DNA of 35,891 nt. It comes from a virus. Lineage: Duplodnaviria > Caudoviricetes. The notes under the pieces were generated by a model. The model was not told the DNA's origin and made no database searches. It was given only the letters and a program-made list of their open reading frames with translations. This document shows, piece by piece, positions 9,179 through 18,303 of the stretch. Location of the stretch: IMG/VR virus record IMGVR_UViG_3300020360_000007, positions 1 to 35,891 of that record; one strand, written 5' to 3'. The position numbers were made by a program, and so were the translations under genes. Positions within the stretch are counted from its first letter, which is position 1. Each line of letters opens with the position of its first letter.

Positions 9179-12100
9179 ATGGCATATTCAAAAGCAAGAA
9201 GATTAGCAGACATAGTAGTAGATACTAATGGTAATATAAATGTACCTACACAAAGTGCTTCGGATAACGATACATCAGCTGCAAGTACAGCTTATGTGAC
9301 TACTGCTGTTTCTGGTCTTATTGATTCAGCTCCTTCAACTTTAAATACACTCAACGAAATAGCAGCAGCTTTAAATGATGATGCCAATTTTAATACCACA
9401 GTCACAAACGCAATAGCATCTAAATTCCCATTAGCTGGTGGAACAATGACAGGAGATTTAAGAGTTGGTACAGCAGATGCAGCTAATAGAACAATTACTG
9501 TTGCAGGTGGAGCCACAGGAAATAATGAAGGTGGTGAAATAAGATTAGAAATGGCAGCTGACCATGATGGTACTTATAATTTTTGGAGACTCGATGTAAA
9601 CCAGGATGATTTTAGAATTGGTAGAGAAGGCCTTACAGATTTATTAGTAGATAGTTCAGGAAAAGTTGGTATAGGAACTACATCTCCTTCAACTTTATTA
9701 CATTTAAATGCAGCTTCTTATCCTAAACTTACTTTAAGTGATGAAACAGGTGTTGCCAGAGCATATAGTCTTGGTACAAGCAACGAAACATTTATTATTA
9801 GAAATGAAACTGGTACAACTGATGTATTATCTATTACAAATGGTAATAAGGTTGGTATAGGAACCACTTCACCAGGAGCTCTTTTAGATTTAAGTGGTGT
9901 CACTGCTTCATCTCCACCAAAATTAAGACTTTCAGGAACAGGCGAAGGTTCAGCTGGAGACACGATTGGACAAATAGATTTTCATAGTGGAGATACAACT
10001 GATAATACAGCTGGTATTATGGCATCTATTAAAGCAATTGCTGGTCCGTCAGGAGGAGAAGGTCATTTACAATTTTTAACTGATATGCCTTCAGAAGGCG
10101 CAGCAGCTGCTACAGTAGCTTTACATTTAAATGCTAATGCAAATGTTGGTATTGGGTCAACAAGTCCAGCTGAAAAACTTCATGTAGTTGGAGATGTAAG
10201 AATAGATGATGATTTACATATTCAACCAACAAAAAAATTCTATCTAGATGGTGGAAATGATACTTATATAACTGAAGTTGCAGCAAACCAAATGGCATTT
10301 AATACAGCAGGAGGAGAAAGAGTACGTATTAATACTTCAGGTGATGTTGGTATAAAAAGTACAGACCCTCAGAAAAACTTAAGTATTGGTTCTTCACAAG
10401 GAGAAGGTATACAATTTAATTATGATAGTACTAATAATTATCGTAATCAAATTTTAAACTATTGGAACACTAACACTGATTCTAGAATGGACTTTAACAT
10501 TGCGCGAACAGGTGGTGAGACTCCAGCAACAATTATGTCTGTAGGTTATAGTAGTAATGTTGGTATTGGAACTACTGCACCTACATCAAAGCTTCATGTA
10601 GCACATGGTAATCAGGCTTTAGGATTTGACTCAGGAATTTTTTCATCAGCAAATCCAAGTAATTATACTGTTGGTAGAGGTGCTGGTATAACCATGCAAA
10701 ATGCTGATGTATACACTGGTGGAATTTACGGTATAAGAGAAGCTAACAATTGGACTGGAGCACTTGCATTTTACACCCATACAAGTTCTAGTGGTAATAC
10801 TTTTGGTACTACATTTACTGAAAAAATGCGTATTGCAAGTGATGGTGAAACAACTATTAATCAAAATTTAAGAATTGCTAATGGTGGAACAGCTACAGCA
10901 GGTACAGTTGCTCTTGAAATATTAGGTCAAAGAAATGATACAATTACTCCAGCAAACGCAACAGCAAAATTTTATGGATATTCAGACGGTGATGGATTAG
11001 CAATAGGACATTATTTATCAGCACCGTATGGTTCTTATTTACAAGCAGGTTATTTGCTAGATACTTATGGCACACCATATAATAATGGATATCCAATTAC
11101 ACTTAATCCAAAAGGTGGTAATGTTGGTATAGCTAATTCAAACCCTACTTCACTATTACATCTTGGTTCAAATTCTGCAAGTTCAGAACTAGGAATTGGT
11201 TTACAAAATAGTTCCAGATATTACGTAATAAAAACTAGTAGTGGTGATTTAGTATTTAAAGATGAAAGTGCTGCTGCAGATAGAATGGTTCTTGAATCTA
11301 ATGGAAATCTTATAGTAGGTGCTTCTTCTGGTTCAGCTGAAGGTGGTAAAATACAAATTTTTGGTGCTAAAAGTTTTGTAGCTCAAATACCACAAGGTAA
11401 TATGACAATTACTGATACTGCATCAATGGCGGCAGGTGTAGGTGGTTCTATAAATTTTGCAGGTGCATATTTAAGTAATGGAACTACTACAAGTTTTGCC
11501 TCTATTGAAGCATCGAAAGCAGATGGAACATCAGGAAACTATGGTGGAGAATTAAAATTTAAATGTAGAATAAATGGTGGTCAACAAGATGAATTTATGC
11601 GTCTTACTTCTAATGGAACACTACATGTTGATAATGGTCTTGGAGCTCATAGTGGTACATATTCTTTTGCTCATAACACATATAACCATGCAGCAGTATT
11701 TGGAAGAAATTCAACACCTGATGGAACTGTTGTTATAGAAGATTATGATGTATCAAGTGGTATTGGTAATACTGTTTTAAAATGTTTTTTAAGAGACCAA
11801 GACCCAGCTACTTCTGCTACTTTTATTAATTTTGGTGATGGTGGTGGTTCGGTAGGTTCAATAACACATAAAGATGATGGTAGTGGTGTAAACTATAACA
11901 CTAGTTCGGATTATAGACTAAAAGAAAATGTTGAATACAACTGGGATGCAACTACATTATTAAAACAATTAAAACCAGCTAGGTTTAATTTTATAAAAAA
12001 ACCAGGTAAAACAGTACAAGGATTTTTAGCTCATGAAGTTTCAGATATAGTTCCAGGTAGTGTAAGAGGTGATAAAGACCACATGATGGAGATAGGAACA

Positions 12101-12313
12101 ATTAAAGATTCTGATGATAATATAGTATATGAAGGAGTGTATGAACACTTTTGTAAAACTGATGAAGGACAAACATGGACAAAAACAGGTACAGAACCTT
12201 TTTATCAAGAGTTAGATTATTCAAAACTTGTACCATTACTCGTAAAAACAATACAAGAACAACAAACAGTAATAGAAGATTTAAAATCTAGAATAGAAAC
12301 ATTAGAAGGATAA
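9179..12313 (+). CDS. Tail fibre / receptor-binding protein with C-terminal S74 intramolecular chaperone
   Basis: DSAPSTLNTLNEIAAALNDDANF module; many VGIGTT.P repeats; SS|DYRLKENV at ~11908; GFLAHEV; DYSKLVPLLVKTIQE. Confidence 0.85.
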   Translation: MAYSKARRLADIVVDTNGNINVPTQSASDNDTSAASTAYVTTAVSGLIDSAPSTLNTLNEIAAALNDDANFNTTVTNAIASKFPLAGGTMTGDLRVGTADAANRTITVAGGATGNNEGGEIRLEMAADHDGTYNFWRLDVNQDDFRIGREGLTDLLVDSSGKVGIGTTSPSTLLHLNAASYPKLTLSDETGVARAYSLGTSNETFIIRNETGTTDVLSITNGNKVGIGTTSPGALLDLSGVTASSPPKLRLSGTGEGSAGDTIGQIDFHSGDTTDNTAGIMASIKAIAGPSGGEGHLQFLTDMPSEGAAAATVALHLNANANVGIGSTSPAEKLHVVGDVRIDDDLHIQPTKKFYLDGGNDTYITEVAANQMAFNTAGGERVRINTSGDVGIKSTDPQKNLSIGSSQGEGIQFNYDSTNNYRNQILNYWNTNTDSRMDFNIARTGGETPATIMSVGYSSNVGIGTTAPTSKLHVAHGNQALGFDSGIFSSANPSNYTVGRGAGITMQNADVYTGGIYGIREANNWTGALAFYTHTSSSGNTFGTTFTEKMRIASDGETTINQNLRIANGGTATAGTVALEILGQRNDTITPANATAKFYGYSDGDGLAIGHYLSAPYGSYLQAGYLLDTYGTPYNNGYPITLNPKGGNVGIANSNPTSLLHLGSNSASSELGIGLQNSSRYYVIKTSSGDLVFKDESAAADRMVLESNGNLIVGASSGSAEGGKIQIFGAKSFVAQIPQGNMTITDTASMAAGVGGSINFAGAYLSNGTTTSFASIEASKADGTSGNYGGELKFKCRINGGQQDEFMRLTSNGTLHVDNGLGAHSGTYSFAHNTYNHAAVFGRNSTPDGTVVIEDYDVSSGIGNTVLKCFLRDQDPATSATFINFGDGGGSVGSITHKDDGSGVNYNTSSDYRLKENVEYNWDATTLLKQLKPARFNFIKKPGKTVQGFLAHEVSDIVPGSVRGDKDHMMEIGTIKDSDDNIVYEGVYEHFCKTDEGQTWTKTGTEPFYQELDYSKLVPLLVKTIQEQQTVIEDLKSRIETLEG

Positions 12314-12314
12314 T

Positions 12315-14651
12315 ATGGCAGGAACAAAAGTATCAAGTCACGTAATATCAGATAATATTGCTTTAGGCGGTAGTCCAACCACTACTACTCAAAGTGCATC
12401 TGATAATAGTACTAAATTAGCTACTACAGCATATGTAACGACTGCGTTAGCTAATCTGGCTGATAGCGCACCAAGTACATTAAATACATTAAATGAATTA
12501 GCAGCTGCTTTAGGTGATGATGCTAACTTTAGTACAACTGTGACAAACTCATTAGCTGCAAAAGCTCCATTAGCTTCGCCTACATTTACAGGAACAGTAA
12601 ATAGTGGTGATATAACTATAACAAATGCTACTCCTACTTTAACTTTTTCAGATTCTGATGTTAATTATGAAGCTACTGTACAAGGTTTAAGTGGAAGTTT
12701 AGTTTTAAAAGCTGATGCTAATGCTGAGTTTGGTACTGAAAGTATACAATTTCATACGGGTGGTTCTCAAAGAGCACAATTTGATGCATCTGGAAACTTT
12801 GGAATTAATACCACTGGGCCAACACATCAATTCCATATAAAAGGTCCTTCAAGTGCTTATTCAGCAATGAGAATAGAATCAGCTTCTACTGGGCATGGCG
12901 CGATTATTAATTTAGGAGATGGTACTGATGCTGATTATGGACAAATAACTCAGTTTGCTACTTCGGCTGGTGAAGGCGGAAGAATGAGATTTATAGCAGG
13001 TGGAACAGAAACTTTAAATTTAAGAGGTGGTAATGCTGGTATTGGAACTGCTACTCCTTCAACTAAATTAGATGTTAATGGAATTGTATCATCTGATAAT
13101 ATAGCATTAGGTGGCGCAACTGTAGCAAACAATTATTTAATAGAAGCAACTGCAGGTAGTGGAAATATTATAAGAAGTACTAGAGGAACTTCAGTATTTG
13201 CTGCTTATCAATCTAATAATTCTACTGTATATCTAGGAACAACATCAAATAATGAATTTAGATTAATTCAAAACGATGGTACTGCATTAACAATTGATAC
13301 AAATAAAAATGTTGGTATTAATAAAACAGTACTTGCTCATAAATTTGTAGTTGGTCTTGGTGAAGGTGATTTGATAAGTGCAATAAATACAAGCACTGAT
13401 GTTGAATCGGCTAATTTTTGGGGATATGCATTACATGAAGGTTCAACAAGAATAGGTGAGTTTACATGTGTTCGTGATGGTACCTCAAATCAATTATACA
13501 TTGGTGGTTCATCTGCCGGCCAAACTTTAACATTTGGAGTAGGCGCAAAAGATAATGCCTTACGTTTAACTAGTACTGGTAATTTACAATTTTTATTGAA
13601 AGGAACAAACTTTGAATCTCCAGGATTTACTTATCACACAAATAATTTTTTATATTTAAGAGGTGGAAGTGCAGGGCTAATTTTAGCAGATGATTCTAAT
13701 CTTAATACAGTTCAAGTTATTGATGGCTCAAGTGGATATATTAATTTTGAAACTGGTGATGGCTCAACAAGAGCTCGTATTCTACATACAGGAGAAGTAC
13801 ATATTACAAGCGCTGGAATTCCTATTAATCCAACAATTAAACATGGTGGTGCTACAGGAGATGTATCAAAATTAAGACTCATTAATAGGGCTGGTCAAGC
13901 TGCTAATAAAGGTGGTGTAGTTGAACTTGGTGCTGTCACAGATGATGGTGTATCTAGGTCAGATGTTCTTGGTTCTGTTGCAGGTTTAAAATCTAATGCT
14001 ACTTCTGCCAATAGAGAAGGATATTTACAGTTTTCAACATCAAATGGTACAGCCTTAACTGAAAGAATGCGTATTGAATCAACTGGCCATGTAGGAATAC
14101 ATAGAAATAATCCAAGTACTTCATTAGAATTAGGTGGTACTACAAGTACTGCAAATGGTGTTGGTATGATAACTATTAATCCACCAAATACAAGTGGTGA
14201 TATAGACTCTACACCTACAGTAATCGGATTTTATCATTATTACAAAACAAATCCAGGCGCTGATTATGCTCATATGAAAACAAATATACCTAGTGGAGCT
14301 GGCGCCGGAACATTTGGTATGATTGCAATTGAAGCAACAGGATATAGATATTCATCTGCGCAAACAATAAAAGGAATGTGGGGATTTCATAATTGGAATG
14401 GAGGTTTATACCAAAGCACAGTTGAAAATTTAATTAGTTCAGGTGGACATGATTTTTGTCACGGCGCTTATATTGCAAGTGATGGTTATATAGTTTTAAG
14501 AGCAGCTGCAGGAGGTGCTGGAAGTCAGTATATAGGTGCAAGATTAGACTTTATAGATATACAAGCTGATTATCAAAGACATAGTTCAAGTTATTGGCCA
14601 CCTAGAGTCACTGCAATAAGTTATTCAGATAACACAACAGGAGAATTTTAA
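12315..14651 (+). CDS. Tail fibre / receptor-binding protein without S74 chaperone
   Basis: N-terminal module 55/56 aa identical to that of 6564..9170; GIGT.TP and ERMRI repeats; aromatic-rich C-terminal domain (YAHMKTNI...EATGYRY...SDGYIV). Confidence 0.8.
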   Translation: MAGTKVSSHVISDNIALGGSPTTTTQSASDNSTKLATTAYVTTALANLADSAPSTLNTLNELAAALGDDANFSTTVTNSLAAKAPLASPTFTGTVNSGDITITNATPTLTFSDSDVNYEATVQGLSGSLVLKADANAEFGTESIQFHTGGSQRAQFDASGNFGINTTGPTHQFHIKGPSSAYSAMRIESASTGHGAIINLGDGTDADYGQITQFATSAGEGGRMRFIAGGTETLNLRGGNAGIGTATPSTKLDVNGIVSSDNIALGGATVANNYLIEATAGSGNIIRSTRGTSVFAAYQSNNSTVYLGTTSNNEFRLIQNDGTALTIDTNKNVGINKTVLAHKFVVGLGEGDLISAINTSTDVESANFWGYALHEGSTRIGEFTCVRDGTSNQLYIGGSSAGQTLTFGVGAKDNALRLTSTGNLQFLLKGTNFESPGFTYHTNNFLYLRGGSAGLILADDSNLNTVQVIDGSSGYINFETGDGSTRARILHTGEVHITSAGIPINPTIKHGGATGDVSKLRLINRAGQAANKGGVVELGAVTDDGVSRSDVLGSVAGLKSNATSANREGYLQFSTSNGTALTERMRIESTGHVGIHRNNPSTSLELGGTTSTANGVGMITINPPNTSGDIDSTPTVIGFYHYYKTNPGADYAHMKTNIPSGAGAGTFGMIAIEATGYRYSSAQTIKGMWGFHNWNGGLYQSTVENLISSGGHDFCHGAYIASDGYIVLRAAAGGAGSQYIGARLDFIDIQADYQRHSSSYWPPRVTAISYSDNTTGEF

Positions 14652-14899
14652 TGAGTGAAGGATTTCATTTAGACGCAAACGGAAGACCAGTACCAGATGA
14701 TTTTGACCCACGTGAAATAGAGTGGACACATGATATATCGAGGGTAAAGGAATATCCACATTTTGCTGAACAATTAGACATGTTATGGCATGATATAAAC
14801 GAAGGAAAGTTAGATAAAACAGGTAAATTTTATTTAGCTATAAAAGAAATAAAAGATAAATACCCAAAAGGTAGTACAAGAAAACCATATAAGGAATAA
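14651..14899 (+). CDS. Small tail-fibre-associated protein (possible assembly chaperone)
   Basis: TAATG overlap with the upstream fibre gene. The YP...EQLDMLWHDI..GKLDKTG.FY.AIK.IKDKYPK pattern is one I associate with small ORFs following fibre genes in aquatic phages. Confidence 0.7.
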   Translation: MSEGFHLDANGRPVPDDFDPREIEWTHDISRVKEYPHFAEQLDMLWHDINEGKLDKTGKFYLAIKEIKDKYPKGSTRKPYKE

Positions 14900-14902
14900 T
14901 AA

Positions 14903-17137
14903 ATGGCATTAACTAAAATACCAGCAAACTTATTAGATAAATCAGCTCATGTAGATTTTGCTGATAACGAAAGATTGCGCATAGGAACCGATAATGATTT
15001 ACAGATTCATTATGATGGGACTAATAATCTTATACAAGGAAGTGCCGGTAATGTTCTTTATATACAAGCTAAAGCCGGAGAAAATTCCATTCTTGCAATA
15101 CCAGATGGCGCGGTGACTCTTTATCACAATAATGTATTAAAATTTGAAACATCTTCTGCTGGTGCAACAGTCACAGGTACATTGACAGTCACTGGTGATT
15201 TAGATATTACAGGAAACGTTAACAGTGCAAGTGTCACTGACCTTGACGTTACTGATAAAACAATTACATTAGGAGTTGGTCAAACTGAAGCACAATCAGG
15301 TGGAAGTGGTATAGTTATTGATGGTTCAGCCGCTAGTTTTACATGGGATGAAACAAATGATAGATGGCTTGCAAATAAAAAATTAGCTATATTAGAAGAT
15401 GTAATAGTAAATGCTAATGCTGGTAATGATACAAATGTTGAAGTTGGAGCTGGTACTTCTCAAAATCATTATTCATATATTGATTTAATTGGAGACACTA
15501 CATATACTGATTATGGTTTAAGAATTATTAGAAATAATGGTGGAGCAAATACATCTTCTGGTATACATCATAGAGGAACAGGAAATTTATTTATAAGAAC
15601 AGAAGAAGATGCTCCTATTTTATTCTTAACTAAAATGAATTCTGGTGGTGCTGAAAGAATGAGAATTGTTGGTAGTACTGGTAATGTTGGTATTGGAACA
15701 TCTTCACCTGATGGCAAGTTAGAAGTAGCAGGAGGAAGTACTGGAATTGTTTTATCTAATGCAGGGGATTCTTCAGCTTATGACCAAGTTGCAATGACAT
15801 ATAATGGATATAATAGTGGTACACCAGAATTTGTATTTAAACCTAAAAGTGCACCAGGTAGTGGAACTGTAAATAGTTTTTTTAGATTTTCTACACTTAT
15901 TGGTGGAGGAAGTAATATTGCTAACGTTACCGTTGATGGTAAAGTAGGTATAGGAACAAGTTCACCTTCACAAGCACTTCATATAGCTGGTGGTAGTGGC
16001 TCAATGATATTAAATGAATCTACTAGTTGGTCAAATTTAAGACTTAAATCACCTAATGCTAATGGTGGATATATTCAATTTGCAGATGCAGATGATGATG
16101 ATGTAGGACAAATATTCTATTATCACGGTTCAGGCGGCGATTACATGTCCTTTACTACTAACGCCAGTGAAAGAATGCGTATTGATTCTAATGGAAATTT
16201 ATTAGTAGGAGCTACATCATTTCAACATGGTTCATTTGGTGGTAATTCAAGAGGAATAAATGTTGCCGGTGTACAACCATTAGTTTTATTACATGAAACA
16301 GATACAGATAAAGATGCTTATTTAGGTATATCAGGCTCAAACTTATTCTTAGGAACAGCAGATGACATTGGTATTAGATTTCATACTAATGATACAGAAA
16401 GAATGAGGTTATTAGGTAATGGTAATTTTGGTATAGGAACAACTTCTGCTGGTACATCTCTTCAAATAGGTGATGGTACAGGTGATGAATATATTACGAT
16501 TGATAAATCAGCTACAGGCGCAAGTGGTATTTTATTTAAAAATGCTGGTAATAATAAAGTTAAATTATTATGTAATTCAAGTGAAGAGTTTGAATTACAT
16601 GTAAATAATGCGTTAAAAATGTATGTTAATGAAGATGGTGATGTTGGTATTGGAATTTCCACACCACATGGTAGACTACATGTTTCTGGAGCTAATGCAA
16701 ATGAGGCTCAAGTTTATCAGACCACTACTTGTAAAGAATATAGAAATGTATGTACAAGTTGGACAACTACTAGTACTAGTAGATATTGGCATATAAAAAC
16801 AAATATAGCAACTAGTAATAATATTATGTTTGTAGGTCATGTGGAAGGGTATGCTTATGGAGCTAGTGGACATATTGTAGATGTAAAAAGGTCAGGGTAT
16901 ATGTACGCTTCAACTGCATCAGTTATTAATAGTCAAACAGTAAATAATGGTTCAGGTAGTGCTACTTTGAATACTTACAATTCAAGTGATGGATATTTAA
17001 CATTTGTTTGCGATTTTGGCGGTGGATATTATTCAGGAGGAGCTTTTCATATACAATTCCCAGCACCAGCTGGATATAATGTTAATTTTTCAATTCAAGC
17101 ACATGACATGAACAATACAAGTACAGGACATTACTAA
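14903..17137 (+). CDS. Tail fibre / receptor-binding protein without S74 chaperone
   Basis: MALTKI N-terminus; SVTDLDVTDKTITLG.GQTE module shared with 3800..6562; ERMRI and VGIGTSSP repeats; C-terminal YWHIKTNI...EGYAY...SDGYLT domain resembling that of 12315..14651. Confidence 0.8.
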   Translation: MALTKIPANLLDKSAHVDFADNERLRIGTDNDLQIHYDGTNNLIQGSAGNVLYIQAKAGENSILAIPDGAVTLYHNNVLKFETSSAGATVTGTLTVTGDLDITGNVNSASVTDLDVTDKTITLGVGQTEAQSGGSGIVIDGSAASFTWDETNDRWLANKKLAILEDVIVNANAGNDTNVEVGAGTSQNHYSYIDLIGDTTYTDYGLRIIRNNGGANTSSGIHHRGTGNLFIRTEEDAPILFLTKMNSGGAERMRIVGSTGNVGIGTSSPDGKLEVAGGSTGIVLSNAGDSSAYDQVAMTYNGYNSGTPEFVFKPKSAPGSGTVNSFFRFSTLIGGGSNIANVTVDGKVGIGTSSPSQALHIAGGSGSMILNESTSWSNLRLKSPNANGGYIQFADADDDDVGQIFYYHGSGGDYMSFTTNASERMRIDSNGNLLVGATSFQHGSFGGNSRGINVAGVQPLVLLHETDTDKDAYLGISGSNLFLGTADDIGIRFHTNDTERMRLLGNGNFGIGTTSAGTSLQIGDGTGDEYITIDKSATGASGILFKNAGNNKVKLLCNSSEEFELHVNNALKMYVNEDGDVGIGISTPHGRLHVSGANANEAQVYQTTTCKEYRNVCTSWTTTSTSRYWHIKTNIATSNNIMFVGHVEGYAYGASGHIVDVKRSGYMYASTASVINSQTVNNGSGSATLNTYNSSDGYLTFVCDFGGGYYSGGAFHIQFPAPAGYNVNFSIQAHDMNNTSTGHY

Positions 17138-17304
17138 TGGCAAAGACATCAACAATAAAGGACAATACAGAAATAGAAGAATCTTTAGGAAATGGAGGAG
17201 GAATGTTTGTATTGATAAAACATGAAACAGATAAACTAGATATTTATGAGTTTTATACTTCATCATCTGAAGCAAACACAGCAAAAACAAATTGGGACGA
17301 TTAA
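17137..17304 (+). CDS. 55-aa hypothetical protein, not in the ORF track (MAKTSTIKDNTEIEESLGNGGGMFVLIKHETDKLDIYEFYTSSSEANTAKTNWDD)
   Basis: The ATG overlaps the upstream stop (TAATG). The ORF fills the gap up to the late promoter at 17308 and has the same arrangement as 14651..14899. Confidence 0.7.
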   Translation: MAKTSTIKDNTEIEESLGNGGGMFVLIKHETDKLDIYEFYTSSSEANTAKTNWDD

Positions 17305-17307
17305 GAT

Positions 17308-17315
17308 TATAAATA
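17308..17315 (+). promoter_or_regulatory. T4-type late promoter
   Basis: TATAAATA 20 nt upstream of the gp13 ATG; AGGA Shine-Dalgarno follows. Confidence 0.85.
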
Positions 17316-17335
17316 GAATATAATAGGAATAAACA

Positions 17336-18301
17336 ATGGCAAAACCAAACACAAGACAAACATTTAGTGATTATTGCTTAAGAAGTTTAGGCGCGCCTGT
17401 AATTGAAATTAATGTTGATGAAGACCAAATTGATGATAGAATAGATGAAGCTTTACAGTTTTATCAGTTTTATCATGCTGATTCTATAGAAAAATTTTAT
17501 TTAAAACATAAAGTCACTAATTCAACATTAACTTTAACCGCATCAGTAGCTGGTAATTTCCAAGTAGGTGAAACTATTACCGGTGGAACATCTGGTGCTA
17601 AAGCTGTAATAAAAACTGCAGCTGCTACAAAAATTACATATAATCAATTAGATGATACTAATGTAGCTTTTGCAGCAAATGAAACAATTACTGGTGATAC
17701 AACTAGCGCAACAGCAACAATAAGTTCAATATCAAAAGGAGATATTGAAAATGGTTATATAGCATTAAATGATGCAATCACTGATGTTGTAAGAGTTATG
17801 CCAATAAGAGATTCCGTCACATCAACTGATATGTTTGATATTAGATATCAAATACATTTAAACGATATACATTCAGTTGGCTTTATGGGTAATTTAACTG
17901 AATATGTAATGAGTAGACAATTTTTATCTTTACTAGATGTTGTAGTAGATTCAGACCATAAGCAAATTAACTTTGATAGACATAAAAACAGATTAGATAT
18001 TTTTATGGATTGGGATGAAGAAGTAGATGTTGATGATTATCTTGTAGTAGAATGTTATAGAATTATAGACCCTGATACATTTACTGATGTATATAATGAT
18101 TACTTCTTAAAAAGATATGCAACAGCATTAATCAAAAGACAATGGGGAACTAATTTATTAAAGTTTGAAGGTATGGTAATGCCAGGTGGTGTGACATTTA
18201 ATGGACGTCAATTATTTGACGATGCAAACGAAGAAATTACAAGATTAGAGGAAGAAGCAAGATTGAATTGGGAACAACCAATTGACTTCATGACAGGATA
18301 A
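17336..18301 (+). CDS. gp13: Neck protein gp13
   Basis: YCLRSLGAPVIEINVDEDQIDDRIDEALQF; FLKRYATALIKRQWGTNLLKFEGMVMPGGVTFNG; first gene of the T4 13-23 block. Confidence 0.93.
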   Translation: MAKPNTRQTFSDYCLRSLGAPVIEINVDEDQIDDRIDEALQFYQFYHADSIEKFYLKHKVTNSTLTLTASVAGNFQVGETITGGTSGAKAVIKTAAATKITYNQLDDTNVAFAANETITGDTTSATATISSISKGDIENGYIALNDAITDVVRVMPIRDSVTSTDMFDIRYQIHLNDIHSVGFMGNLTEYVMSRQFLSLLDVVVDSDHKQINFDRHKNRLDIFMDWDEEVDVDDYLVVECYRIIDPDTFTDVYNDYFLKRYATALIKRQWGTNLLKFEGMVMPGGVTFNGRQLFDDANEEITRLEEEARLNWEQPIDFMTG

Positions 18302-18303
18302 CC

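Larger units (their letters stand above)
4532..16188 (+). repeat. Dispersed 20-bp repeat GAAAGAATGCGTATTGATTC (encodes ERMRID) in the fibre genes
   Basis: Exact at 4988, 5222, 16169; one mismatch at 4532, 4724, 7818, 8607, 14061; partial at 10820. Confidence 0.85.

Noticed and set aside
4532-16188. CRISPR-like array from the 20-bp repeats
   Set aside because: Spacing is irregular (hundreds to thousands of bp), the repeats are in-frame coding, and there are no cas genes.
864-16873. Many short minus-strand and alternate-frame ORFs within the fibre genes
   Set aside because: They are antisense shadows of G/S/T-rich coding sequence, fully nested in long + strand genes.
3800-17137. Diversity-generating retroelement or invertase shufflon acting on the fibres
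   Set aside because: No reverse transcriptase, no template/variable repeat pair with adenine-specific differences, no site-specific recombinase and no inverted cassettes in the window.
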